From Actinomycetes bacterium (GTDB lineage: Bacteria; Actinomycetota; Acidimicrobiia; Acidimicrobiales; JAJZXF01): 63,219 nucleotides of DNA. Made by a program: the position numbers and the translations under genes. Location of the stretch: the NCBI GenBank assembly GCA_021802485.1, contig JAJZXF010000005.1, forward strand, positions 1 to 63,219, in the 5' to 3' direction. The notes below the pieces were generated by a model. It was not told where the DNA came from and made no database searches. It was given only the letters and a program-made list of their open reading frames with translations. Below, in pieces: positions 46,522 through 55,420 of this stretch (position 1 is the first letter of the stretch; every line of letters begins with the position of its first letter).

Positions 46522-46685
46522 CTGCGACCCGCTTCGGTCGCGGCGGGACGCGATGGCTCTGGGCCTGTGCGTGCGACAGTCAACATGGGTCTCAGGTTAC
46601 GAACGCACGGTACCCTGGATGTCCCGCCAACGTACCCGGATCATGTGGGACGTGAGCTGGACGCGGTGAGCGTACCTTATCTCTC

Positions 46686-46883
46686 ATGTTGATCTCCTAC
46701 GTGCTGCGCCTCCGCGCGGATGAGCTAGCGCTGGGCCATGTGGTCGGGGAGGTCGAGGCCGTAGCGAGCGGTCAGCGGTTCGTAGTCCGTTCCATGGAGC
46801 AGATGATGGCCTTCTTGATGGAGACGTGTCAGGGCGAAAGTGCTTCAGTGTTGGCAGTACAGCCGACCTACGGAGAGGCCTGA
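46686..46883 (+). CDS. Small conserved-looking hypothetical protein (65 aa)
   Basis: MLISYVLRLRADELALGHVVGEVEAVASGQRFVVRSMEQMMAFL resembles a recurrent small actinobacterial ORF type (...YVLRL.P..LA.G.xVGEVE.V.TG....VRS..ELxAFL) that I recall but cannot name. Its stop is 2 nt before the ATG of the priming glycosyltransferase. Confidence 0.45.
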   Translation: MLISYVLRLRADELALGHVVGEVEAVASGQRFVVRSMEQMMAFLMETCQGESASVLAVQPTYGEA

Positions 46884-46885
46884 AG

Positions 46886-48451
46886 ATGCCAGCTGGGCCT
46901 CCACATGACGTCTCTTCGTCCATGCATTCGTCAGGGTCCATGCATTCGTCAGGGGTCGTGCTGTTCGAGGGTGGTGGCCCCCGTCGAGTCCAGATCGGAG
47001 GCCGTGAGAGGGGTCGTGTGGGAGCGATCCAACCCAACAATGCCTGGTCTCATCGCCTACGGGCCTGGCAAGTTATCGCTGCAACGGATGCAGCCGTCGT
47101 TTTTGTGGTGGTGATGATCGTGGCAGCGTCGCGGACCAGCACCATTGTTGATGGCAAGCTGTATGGAGCGACGTCAATCGTGATCGTAGTCACATGGCTT
47201 TCATTCATTGCCGGCCTGTGGCTAAAGCGCCTGTATGCTTTGCCGCGCAAGCGCCTGGTGCCCGCTGGTAGCGAGGATGTGCCCGCTATCATCGAGGCTC
47301 TTGCGGGAGGTGTGTTGGTCGCCCTTGCGATCGAGTGGTTGTTCGGATCCCATTTGGTCCGCCCGGTCTTGGCCGTCGGTCCCCTGGTGATAGTCGCACT
47401 CGTATGTGCGCTGGCGGTACCGCTCGCGAGGTCCGCGGTGGTGAGCTTGCTCTCGAGGTTTGGAATAGCGACAGTCAGGATCGTGATCGTTGGTACGGGT
47501 ACGGTCGCAAACGATGTGGCAGGTCGCCTGCGCAGGAGTTCAGGGTTGGAGTTCGTCGGCTTTGTAGATGACGACCCGGATGGAAGTCACCTGGTGCTCG
47601 GGGGCCTGCGCGATCTGCAAAGAGTGTGCAAGCGCTATTGTGTCGACCGAGTCATCGTGGCATTCTCACGGGCCCATCCAGAGAGTGCGGTTGCAAGCCT
47701 GCGTGCACTTGCGGGTTCGGTTCCACTGACGGTGGTACCCAGGTACTTCGAGCTTACGAGCTGGCAGGCCCAGGTGGACGACTTGAGCGGGATGCCTGTA
47801 GTGAGCCTAGACGGTGGGGAGGCTAGCTCCACGGCTCGGGCGCTGAAACGCATGGTCGACATCTGCGTCTCGCTGGTCGTGCTTGTCGGCCTGTTTCCGG
47901 TTCTCGCTGTCTCTGCCCTCATCATTAAGCTGACCTCGCCTGGCCCGGTGGTCCTGCGCCAAGCGCGGCTTGGCCGCGACGCGCGTCCGTTTACGCTGCT
48001 CAAGCTTCGTAGCATGAGCTGGACTGATCCTTCGACGGTTGGTGACAGCAGGCGGACCGGCATCTCCGAGATCACCCCGGCGCGGGCAGATCCGGGGTCG
48101 AATGAACGCGATCCGCGGATCACCCGTGTCGGTAGGGTGTTGCGACGCACTGGGATCGACGAGCTTCTCCAGCTGTGGAACGTCTTGATGGGCGATATGT
48201 CACTTGTCGGACCAAGGCCGTTCATTCCTGAGGAGTGCTCTCGGATGGTGAGCTGGGAGCGCAGGCGGTTCGAGGTGCGCCCTGGTTTGACTGGTTTATG
48301 GCAGGTCTCTGGCCAGCACGACTTGCGCTTCGAAGAGCTGTGCCGGCTCGACTATCTTTACGTCTCGTCCTGGTCTTTGCACACCGACCTTCGCATCCTC
48401 TTGCAGACCCCACGCCGGCTCCTTCAAGGGGCCGGGGGCAGAAGTCGCTAG
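46886..48451 (+). CDS. Polyprenyl-phosphate glycosyl-1-phosphate transferase (WbaP/EpsB-type priming sugar transferase)
   Basis: It has N-terminal TM helices and a Rossmann-like linker (RIVIVGTG). The bacterial sugar transferase domain follows: PGPVVLRQARLGRDARPFTLLKLRSM, DPRITRVGRVLRRTGIDELLQLWNVLMGDMSLVGPRP and RPGLTGLWQVSG. The tracked ORF starts at 46826. Confidence 0.85.
   Translation: MPAGPPHDVSSSMHSSGSMHSSGVVLFEGGGPRRVQIGGRERGRVGAIQPNNAWSHRLRAWQVIAATDAAVVFVVVMIVAASRTSTIVDGKLYGATSIVIVVTWLSFIAGLWLKRLYALPRKRLVPAGSEDVPAIIEALAGGVLVALAIEWLFGSHLVRPVLAVGPLVIVALVCALAVPLARSAVVSLLSRFGIATVRIVIVGTGTVANDVAGRLRRSSGLEFVGFVDDDPDGSHLVLGGLRDLQRVCKRYCVDRVIVAFSRAHPESAVASLRALAGSVPLTVVPRYFELTSWQAQVDDLSGMPVVSLDGGEASSTARALKRMVDICVSLVVLVGLFPVLAVSALIIKLTSPGPVVLRQARLGRDARPFTLLKLRSMSWTDPSTVGDSRRTGISEITPARADPGSNERDPRITRVGRVLRRTGIDELLQLWNVLMGDMSLVGPRPFIPEECSRMVSWERRRFEVRPGLTGLWQVSGQHDLRFEELCRLDYLYVSSWSLHTDLRILLQTPRRLLQGAGGRSR
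46919..46954. repeat. Perfect 18-bp tandem duplication (tccatgcattcgtcaggg x2) inside the 5' end of the priming transferase gene
   Basis: Read directly. It encodes SMHSSG-SMHSSG in frame. Confidence 0.95.
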
Positions 48452-48591
48452 AGGCGCCTGTGGCCGGGCTCGCGCTCACCCATGTTCAAGAGCCGACTCA
48501 TCTTGTGGCACACCTCAGAGGACGTAGGCGAGATTGCCTCCAGAGCACAAGGAGGAGCCGAGCGCTGGAGCAGCGCTCGGTGTTCGGGCTT

Positions 48592-49674
48592 TCAGAGTCG
48601 CGGGCTCCCATCACGGATCCAGGTGCGGAGTGCGGCCTCTTGCGATCGCCAGCGTGTGATTTGGGCATCCCGTGCTGGGAGAGTTCGAGCAACGAGGGAG
48701 TCGTGATCGCTGAGTGCCTCGTGGATCGCAGCAGCAATGGACATGGCGTCGTTCTTGACGTGAAGAGCGTGGGGGAAAAGGTTCCGGCCAACAGGCCAGT
48801 CGGAGATGATGAGGGGCCTTGTGGCATAGGTCGCTTCATAGGCTGCACGCATTACGGAGGTGGGCTCCGTCGTAAGTGTCACTACGAGCCCGCATTCGTA
48901 GACAGCTTTTTCGTACGCGTCTTGATCGAGGAAGCCGACAAAATGTACGTTCGCAGGAGCGTTGTCACGAAGCGACTGGGGACAGTCCGCGGTGCGTCCC
49001 GTCACCTGGAAGTCACACCCGGGTATCGTTGCGGCCGCGAGGATCAGCTCCTCGGTTGGCTCGTCTGGGGCAAACCTTCCTACGTAGAGGATCCGGGGGC
49101 GTTCAGCTTTCGGCGGAGGCGTCGGGAGCCAGCGGCCTGGGGCTTCGTGGACAATGACCGGGTGCCCATGCCAGGACTCTACGACGTCACACCACTGTTG
49201 AGTTGTGACAAGGGTTATCCCGCAGCGACGAACGAGCCAGCGATGCAACGGGAGCAGGCGGGCGGACACATGATCTTCCTGGGCGCCGAAGGACCCTGGG
49301 TGGCTGTCGAGGCCGACTGCGGTGCCGGTGAGTTGGGCGACCGCGTACGTGATGAGTCCAGCGAAGACTGGGGGATTGGTGACGATTACCGCATCGGGGC
49401 GCCTGGATACGAGGTACCAGGCTGTCTTGATAGCGCTCATTGCATACCTGAGCGCTACAGGGGGTCTGAGCGCTTTGCCTGCGGGATAGAAGCATCTTGC
49501 TTCGCCACCCAGAGCGGCCGCTATCTCCTCGGAGCGCCCCCCAATCGCGCCCCAAGAGAGGAAAGCGAAGCAAGGATTGCTGCGCGTACTCGTAAACGGG
49601 AGGATGCCGCGCCTTTGCCGCGGAGGCTTATGGGTTTGATCGAGCCGGTGATCACAAGGGTTGGGATCAGCCAT
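48592..49674 (-). CDS. GT-B fold (GT4-like) glycosyltransferase
   Basis: 360 aa. The N-terminal half has the PDAVIVTNPP pattern and the C-terminal half has RILYVGRFAPDEPTEELILAA...VHFVGFL. The assignment rests on overall pattern only. Its 5' end overlaps the divergent GT2 start by 14 nt, so one of the two starts is probably internal. Confidence 0.65.
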   Translation of the reverse strand: MADPNPCDHRLDQTHKPPRQRRGILPFTSTRSNPCFAFLSWGAIGGRSEEIAAALGGEARCFYPAGKALRPPVALRYAMSAIKTAWYLVSRRPDAVIVTNPPVFAGLITYAVAQLTGTAVGLDSHPGSFGAQEDHVSARLLPLHRWLVRRCGITLVTTQQWCDVVESWHGHPVIVHEAPGRWLPTPPPKAERPRILYVGRFAPDEPTEELILAAATIPGCDFQVTGRTADCPQSLRDNAPANVHFVGFLDQDAYEKAVYECGLVVTLTTEPTSVMRAAYEATYATRPLIISDWPVGRNLFPHALHVKNDAMSIAAAIHEALSDHDSLVARTLPARDAQITRWRSQEAALRTWIRDGSPRL

Positions 49675-50611
49675 GGGTGACCTGCCTGAGGTTTCCGTGG
49701 TCGTTGCGAGCTACAATCGCCGGCTGCGTCTCCCGGCTCTCGTCGAGGCAGTCCTCGCTGACGAGGCCGCTTCTGAGCTGATCGTGGTGGTTGACGGTTG
49801 TGACGACGGCTCTATCGAGTTTCTCCAGCAAGTGGCCGCTGATGAGCCCCGCCTCAGGCCGATTCGCGTTTCGCATCGGGGTCACCTTGCCTGCCTTGAC
49901 GCTGGGGTGCGGATGGCAAGTTCCCGCGTTGTGCTGCTGCTCGATGACGATGTCCTCCCACACGAAGGGTTGGTCTCTTCTCACGCAGCTTGGCATTGCG
50001 CAAAGAGTGGGTTGGTTGTGATGGGCTATATGCCGGTTCGCCTTCCCAAGCACCGGCGCCATGGAGATGTAGGCACTTACGTGTACGCTGGCGAGTACGA
50101 GATGCACTGTTCCCGGATCGAACGAGGTGAACTCGCTGTTCTCGATGGACTCTGGGCTGGCAATGTCTCCATGCCTCGGGAGGCGTGTCTCGCTGTTGGC
50201 CTGAAATCGGAGAAGTTTCCCCTTTTCTACCATTCCGACATGGATCTCGGGTTGCGCCTCAAGGCTGCAGGTTTGGAAGGTGTGTTCAGCCGATCGCTCG
50301 TCGCGTCGCACCTCCACGAGCGATCGACTGCAGCGTTCCTGCGTGACGCGATCGCCCAGGGGGCTGGAGATGCGTTGGTGCATCAGGTTCACGAGAGCGA
50401 AATCGGCTCCTTCGACCCGACGAGGATGTACGCAGACCTTCCAGCGCCACTGAGGGTTGTGGTATCCGCTTTGGGCAGCTCGCGGCACGCGTGGTCTGCG
50501 TGCCGCTCGCTCACCGCGCTGGCTGGGCTGTTCGGCAGGCTGCATTGGTTCTCGGCCGAGACCGCTGTCGCGAAGCTTGCGCGCAGGGTGCTCCAGCTCC
50601 ACGGCGCTTGA
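49661..50611 (+). CDS. GT2 family glycosyltransferase
   Basis: VSVVVASYNRRLRLPALVEAVL...IVVVDGCDDGS...LLLDDDV is the classic GT-A N-terminal pattern with a DxD motif. Confidence 0.85.
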   Translation: MGSAMGDLPEVSVVVASYNRRLRLPALVEAVLADEAASELIVVVDGCDDGSIEFLQQVAADEPRLRPIRVSHRGHLACLDAGVRMASSRVVLLLDDDVLPHEGLVSSHAAWHCAKSGLVVMGYMPVRLPKHRRHGDVGTYVYAGEYEMHCSRIERGELAVLDGLWAGNVSMPREACLAVGLKSEKFPLFYHSDMDLGLRLKAAGLEGVFSRSLVASHLHERSTAAFLRDAIAQGAGDALVHQVHESEIGSFDPTRMYADLPAPLRVVVSALGSSRHAWSACRSLTALAGLFGRLHWFSAETAVAKLARRVLQLHGA

Positions 50612-50713
50612 AGCCTTTCGGCCCGAAAGGGCCGAGATTCCGTGTCGGCGTGCTGTCTCCTACCGATACTGCTGGCAGGCCGTAGGGAGCGCCTGGTTCC
50701 CGGGGCATGTTGT

Positions 50714-52408
50714 TCATGCCGCCACCGATGTAGCAGTGGTGGCCTGGTCCGGTACCGGAATGTGGCCGAACACCTCTGTCGCACCACGACTGCGGCGGGT
50801 GTGACGGGCCGTGATGCGCGCCGCTGATCGTCGCGAGCAGCGACCCCGGCCTCGGTGCTTAGCACTGCTCGACCTCGCCATCCCTCCGGCTTCTTGGAGG
50901 TGAGGTGCAAATGCCGCGAAGTGGGCTGCGGCTCCCTCTAGGTCGCACGTGTCTGCGCTGGTGCCGTCCTCGCTCACGACGAGCTTCACATACAGGCCGG
51001 GGAACGCGGAGAACAGGTCTCGTTGTGCCTCACGCCCGCAGTTGGAGCATCGGTGAAAGCGTTGCGAGAGAGGTTTCTTCTCCCGGTGTCCACACACACA
51101 GGTCTTAGACAAAGCAGTAGTGCGGGTCGCGTAACGGTACGCCTTGCCACCAGCATTCTCGGCTTTGTGGAACAGGAGCGCCATCGCTTCCCCAACTGCT
51201 CGATCACGCACTGAGCGCGGGTACATCTCTTGCCATGTGGCGTAGTTGAGCGTTTCTGCTCGCACGTTGACGCCGTAGGCAAGCAGCTCATTCACGAGCT
51301 TGCCGTGGGACGTGGACCTGGTGGCCTCTATACGGCGGTGAAGCTCAGCGATCTGAACGAGGGTCTGTTGAGCAGCCTTGGAACGGTTCTTCCACCACAC
51401 ACAGGTCTTCTTGTGTTGTCCCATCTCATCGAAGCACTGCGGCGAACCTGCTCTGTGCTGGCGATCGAGATGGCGCTGCAATCGCCGCAGCTCAGCTTGG
51501 ATGTCTCTTGTGCCCCCCGCGAGCACCCGGTGTCCTATGGCTTCGGGAACCGGGTTGTGTTGCGCATCTGCAACAACCACTGACATGATCGACGGCCCTA
51601 CGTCGGCGCTCACGGTTCCGGTGCCAGTTTCGTGACGTATTGGCGGACGCCCGTCGACCACGAACTGAGCACGCAAGCTTGGCCGTCCCCGGATGATGTT
51701 GCGCACGATTCGAGTTTGGATCAGCCCTCGAGCAGCGATCAGGGACTCCAGCCGTGCTCGTTCGGCCGCGGCGTCCCTATTGAGTCTACTGGTCGCATGT
51801 TCAGGCCACGCTTCGACAGACATGATCGTCTTCGACCAACGCACAGCGACCAGGTGCCCGTTGTCGAGGACTGGTTGTATGTCTCCGTACTTGTCAGAGC
51901 ACTCCAACGAGCGTAACCCTCTGGATGCGTTCTTGAACCGGGGCTTTCCGCGAAGACCCAAACGCCAGCGGTTCACTGCATCAAAGGCCCGTGTAGCAAG
52001 ACGCTGGGCCTCTTGGGCTCCGACGTGTTCCCTCACCCATGTCTTGCGCAAGCTAGAGCTATAGGTTCTCATTGCGTCGGCAGTAATACCGTGGGTGCCT
52101 GCTACCTCGTTGAATGCCTTCTTCCTCGCTACTGACTCTTTCGACTTGGGCGGGCCTTTGGGCATTGCCTTGGCCGTGTCGAAGGCTGGGTCTGCTCGCA
52201 TGTGCTTACAACGAGCAAGTGATTCTCCAAGACAGGCGTTGTAGACGCGACTTGGCGACTCGAGCCTCGTGTCCACTACTGCCAAATGAGCCAATGTCGG
52301 GCGCAGTGCCTGGTTGATGACGTGGGTAGAAGAACTTCGCTCACGCTTGCGGGGATGACGCTTGCGCCTCGTTGCTTGGCCTGTAGGGGACTTGCTCACT
52401 CGCCACAT
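50714..52408 (-). CDS. tnpB: TnpB-family RNA-guided endonuclease candidate (IS605 OrfB), intact 564-aa frame
   Basis: From ATG 52408: MWRVSKS...ALRPTLAHLAVVDTRLESPSRVYNACLGE. RuvC-I is in VSADVGPS, RuvC-II in VRAETLNY, the zinc ribbon is CVCGHREK...HRCSNCG and RuvC-III is QRDLFSAF. A ~90-aa basic C-terminal extension follows. The 62 upstream codons in the tracked ORF overlap the tnpA remnant and were excluded. Confidence 0.8.
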   Translation of the reverse strand: MWRVSKSPTGQATRRKRHPRKRERSSSTHVINQALRPTLAHLAVVDTRLESPSRVYNACLGESLARCKHMRADPAFDTAKAMPKGPPKSKESVARKKAFNEVAGTHGITADAMRTYSSSLRKTWVREHVGAQEAQRLATRAFDAVNRWRLGLRGKPRFKNASRGLRSLECSDKYGDIQPVLDNGHLVAVRWSKTIMSVEAWPEHATSRLNRDAAAERARLESLIAARGLIQTRIVRNIIRGRPSLRAQFVVDGRPPIRHETGTGTVSADVGPSIMSVVVADAQHNPVPEAIGHRVLAGGTRDIQAELRRLQRHLDRQHRAGSPQCFDEMGQHKKTCVWWKNRSKAAQQTLVQIAELHRRIEATRSTSHGKLVNELLAYGVNVRAETLNYATWQEMYPRSVRDRAVGEAMALLFHKAENAGGKAYRYATRTTALSKTCVCGHREKKPLSQRFHRCSNCGREAQRDLFSAFPGLYVKLVVSEDGTSADTCDLEGAAAHFAAFAPHLQEAGGMARSSSAKHRGRGRCSRRSAARITARHTRRSRGATEVFGHIPVPDQATTATSVAA

Positions 52409-52459
52409 AGTGCCATATGCATGTATCACCACGCTGGATACCGGACCCTCATATACACA

Positions 52460-52850
52460 ACAGGCCGGTCTCAGGTATCGAATCTTCACGTCCACTTGGT
52501 TTTCGTGACCAAGTACTGACGTCGTGCCTTCGCGAAGCACCTCGCTCGTTGTCACGAGACCCAAGTTGGAAACCTGCGAGGACTTGTCGCACAACCCTCA
52601 CTGAGTTCAACGGTGAGGACAACCACGTGCACCTACTTGTCGAGTACCCGCCAACCGTGCAGATATCTGTCCTCGTGAACAGCCTATAGAGCGTGTCGGC
52701 CCGCATCCTGGGAAAAGAGTTCCCCGTCACGTCTCGAAGTTCCTGTGGAAAGGACACCTCTGGTCGCCGTCGTAGTTTGCCGGGTGCTGTGGCGGTGCGC
52801 CTCTGTCGGTTATCGCCGAGTACATCGACCAGCAGAAGAGCCCATTGTGA
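52460..52850 (+). pseudogene. tnpA: IS200/IS605 Y1 transposase TnpA, decayed
   Basis: Recognisable HVHLVFVTKY, TEFNGEDNHVHLLVEYPPTVQISVLVNSL, VSARILGKEFP, LWKGHLWSPS and FAG..GGAPLSVIAEYIDQQ segments are spread over three frames. In-frame stops lie at 52517-52519 (TGA), 52687-52689 (TAG) and 52773-52775 (TAG replacing the SPSY Tyr codon). Confidence 0.75.
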
Positions 52851-53003
52851 GCAAGCGACACGTGTCGCTACCGCCTACCAGCCGAGCCAGATGTTCGCTA
52901 TCTCGGCTCTTCAGGGCCGAGATAGCGCTCACAAATACAGAGGTCAGGCGCTGTCCCACATGAGGGAAAACGTCATCATAGAGTTTTCTCGAAGCGTTGA
53001 TGC

Positions 53004-53981
53004 TCATGAGCGACGCCTCGATCGCGTTGGGATCTCGGCTCCTCCGGCGAGAATGAACGGGCAGGCATCCGTGCTGGTAACGGTGCTCCGCTCTGCTGCG
53101 AGCGCTAGGTCTGCCGAGGTGATCTCATTGGCCTCCCGCTTGATGCATAGCTCCCTTCGCTCCAGTTCGGCAGCGATCTCCGCCTGGTGGTCGTCGACGT
53201 GTTCACCGAACGCAGCCCTTCTCGGAACGAGCAAGGGGCACTTACCGGCTCGCAGGGAAGCGAGAGATGAACCCGCTCCCGCGTGAGCGACGACCAGATC
53301 TGCAGACTGAAGGGCCGCGTACAGCTCCCCTGACGGGATCACCTCATGGGTTGCGATGCCGAGACCGCTGACATCGGTATACCCAGTCTGCCAGAGAACC
53401 TCCACGTTGTCTTCGAGGGAGCTCTTGATGCTCTCAACGAGGCGGCGGAAGCCGAAGCCCTTCGCGGTGCCAAGCGTGACCACGGCTCTGCGGATTCGCT
53501 TATCGGAGCGCGGCCCGGGAGCGAACGTGTCGAAGACGGACCCTCGGTAGAGCCATCGGGGCTGAGACCAGTTCTGGTACTGGGTGTAGAGGTTCATGCC
53601 GGGAATGTGCTCGACCAGCCTCGCGGACAGGGAAGGCCCGGCTACCCTCGTTGCGCTCTCGATGTAGTGACACGCAAGACCGTGTGCCCGTGCGATCGGG
53701 AGGAACGATACGGCGAGTGACGAGCCTGTGGTGACGACCGCGTCCCAGGTGCGAGATCGAACTATCTGCACAGCACGCGCGAGGTTCTTTGCCGCGGCAA
53801 GGGCATCGCGGGGGCGTGCAGGATAAACGTAGATCACGTTCTCGTCGCGAAGGAGTGATCCTGTCTGTTCGTTCTCCCACGTTACCCAGGTCACATCATC
53901 CGATATGTCCCCGAGGCGCGGTCGTAGGGCCCAGAGCTCCTCCAGGTGGCCACCAGCGCTCGCGACAAACAGTGTTCCCAC
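53004..53981 (-). CDS. Fused Alg14-like / Alg13-like (GT28-type, PssD/PssE- or CpsF/CpsG-like) glycosyltransferase
   Basis: The N-terminal half FVASAGGHLEELWAL...AVVTTGSSLAV is Alg14-like. The C-terminal half VVTLGTAKGFGF...ADLVVAHAGAGSSLASLRAGKCPLLVPRR...DDHQAEIAAEL is an Alg13/MurG C-terminal-like domain. Confidence 0.75.
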   Translation of the reverse strand: MGTLFVASAGGHLEELWALRPRLGDISDDVTWVTWENEQTGSLLRDENVIYVYPARPRDALAAAKNLARAVQIVRSRTWDAVVTTGSSLAVSFLPIARAHGLACHYIESATRVAGPSLSARLVEHIPGMNLYTQYQNWSQPRWLYRGSVFDTFAPGPRSDKRIRRAVVTLGTAKGFGFRRLVESIKSSLEDNVEVLWQTGYTDVSGLGIATHEVIPSGELYAALQSADLVVAHAGAGSSLASLRAGKCPLLVPRRAAFGEHVDDHQAEIAAELERRELCIKREANEITSADLALAAERSTVTSTDACPFILAGGAEIPTRSRRRS

Positions 53982-54195
53982 GTACTTGAGATCTCACATC
54001 TGCGTCCCGCCAGCGTCCCGTGGGCGCTGTGGCGCTGGCCGGACGTCGGAGAGACGCTGGAAGCTCATGGTGCTAGAGTGCATCGGCGAATACCAGCCAA
54101 TCGCTCGCGCAGCGCGCGTGATACCATTCCCACCACCGGAGAACGCACGGGGCTTGTGTGCCTGCAGGCTCAGGAATGCTGAAAGGATATCTAAC

Positions 54196-55398
54196 GTGGT
54201 TCGCGTAGCGATCGCACATGATTTCCTCTGCCAGCGCGGGGGTGCGGAGCGAGTCGTCTTGCACCTCGCGTCTATTCTGAATGACGCCTTCATCGCAACA
54301 TCTGTGTACTCGCCTGAGGCGACTTATCCGGAGTTTGCTTCCATGGATGTCCGGGCTGGAAGGCTTGCCAGCAAGAAGGAGGCGCGCAGGTTCCGTTCCC
54401 GCGTCCTGTCGTACCCGCATATGTTCAGCTCGCTCGATCTAAGTGAGGCGGACTTTGTGGTCGTCTCATCGTCAGCGTTCGCCCATCATGTGCGTCACGA
54501 GCGTTCTGTGGTGTACTGGCACACGCCGCCGCGATTCCTCTACGACCCCGCTGCATACTTGCCATTCAGAGCTAGCTCCGCGGTCACCACGCTGTCCACC
54601 GGCATAGCGAAGGCTGTTCTTTACCCGCTGAGACGATCAGATCGCCGCTCCGCGGCTCACCACCTGAGCCACGCAGCGAACTCGAAACGGACCGCGGGCA
54701 AGTTGCGTGCAGCTTATGGCGTTGATCCAGTTGTTTTGCACCCACCGCTCGATCTGGAACGTCTGTCGCGTCCGTTGAGCCCCTTGCCCAGCTTGCCTAG
54801 GGCGCTTGTGGTCTCGCGCCTGCTGCCGTACAAGGGGGTTGATGTTGCTATTGCGGCCTGCCGCCAGCTGGGGTTGCCGCTTACGGTGGTCGGCAGTGGC
54901 CCGGAGGAGGATCGGCTTCGCATGCTCGGCGGGTCGTTGACGACTTTCAAGGGAATGCTCAGCGACGAGGAGTTGGTCGATGTGTTCTTATCGCATTCAG
55001 TCGTGCTGTGCCCTGGTGTCGAGGACTTCGGCTACGTCCCACTGGAGGCCGGGTACTGCGGGCGGCCGGTGGTTGGGCTCCTAGGCAGTGGCGCCGCGGA
55101 GAGCGTGATTGCAGGCCAGACGGGAGAGCTTGTGGACGGGTGGGAACCGGGCCTCTGGTCGGCCGCGATAGATGAGGTCCTCGGGCGCTCCTGGGATCCT
55201 GAGCGGCTTCGTTCTGCTGCCGAGCGGTTTGGCCCCACAGGCTTCAATGCGGGATTCGCAGAATGGATCAGTGAATGGGTTGATCCGTCAGAGGTCCTTA
55301 CCCGCGAAGCACTTGCCGGTATCACCAGCACGTCGAAGCCGGATAGTCCTGGTTTAGACATGCCCGCACCTGACCCTGGTCGGGCTCTAGAGTGCTGA
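54196..55398 (+). CDS. GT4 family glycosyltransferase
   Basis: A GTG start at 54196 gives VVRVAIAHDFLCQRGGAERVV... The C-terminal half has VVSRLLPYKGVD...VVGSGPEE...EDFGYVPLEAGYCGRPVV (EX7E motif). The tracked ORF extends upstream to 53905 with no protein-like features. Confidence 0.8.
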   Translation: MVRVAIAHDFLCQRGGAERVVLHLASILNDAFIATSVYSPEATYPEFASMDVRAGRLASKKEARRFRSRVLSYPHMFSSLDLSEADFVVVSSSAFAHHVRHERSVVYWHTPPRFLYDPAAYLPFRASSAVTTLSTGIAKAVLYPLRRSDRRSAAHHLSHAANSKRTAGKLRAAYGVDPVVLHPPLDLERLSRPLSPLPSLPRALVVSRLLPYKGVDVAIAACRQLGLPLTVVGSGPEEDRLRMLGGSLTTFKGMLSDEELVDVFLSHSVVLCPGVEDFGYVPLEAGYCGRPVVGLLGSGAAESVIAGQTGELVDGWEPGLWSAAIDEVLGRSWDPERLRSAAERFGPTGFNAGFAEWISEWVDPSEVLTREALAGITSTSKPDSPGLDMPAPDPGRALEC

Positions 55399-55420
55399 GC
55401 AAACCGGGAGGATTAGCGCA

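Larger units (their letters stand above)
50612..52936. mobile_element. IS200/IS605-family element, copy 2 (divergent tnpA/tnpB), inserted in the EPS locus
   Basis: The tnpA-side hairpin is GCTATCTCGGC-tcttcagg-GCCGAGATAGC at 52897-52926. The tnpB-side hairpin is CCTTTCG-gcc-CGAAAGG at 50614-50630, followed by GGCCGAGAT, which is shared with the other end. The boundaries are approximate. Confidence 0.7.

Noticed and set aside
48235-49680. 481-aa plus-strand ORF.
   Set aside because: It is antisense to the GT4-like glycosyltransferase gene and overlaps the end of the priming transferase. It has no motifs and a spurious-looking composition.
52409-52594. 62-codon N-terminal extension of the tnpB ORF (MCDKSSQVSNLG...).
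   Set aside because: It is antisense to the recognisable tnpA remnant (HVHLVFVTKY). Homology with the other TnpB copy begins only after the internal ATG at 52408.
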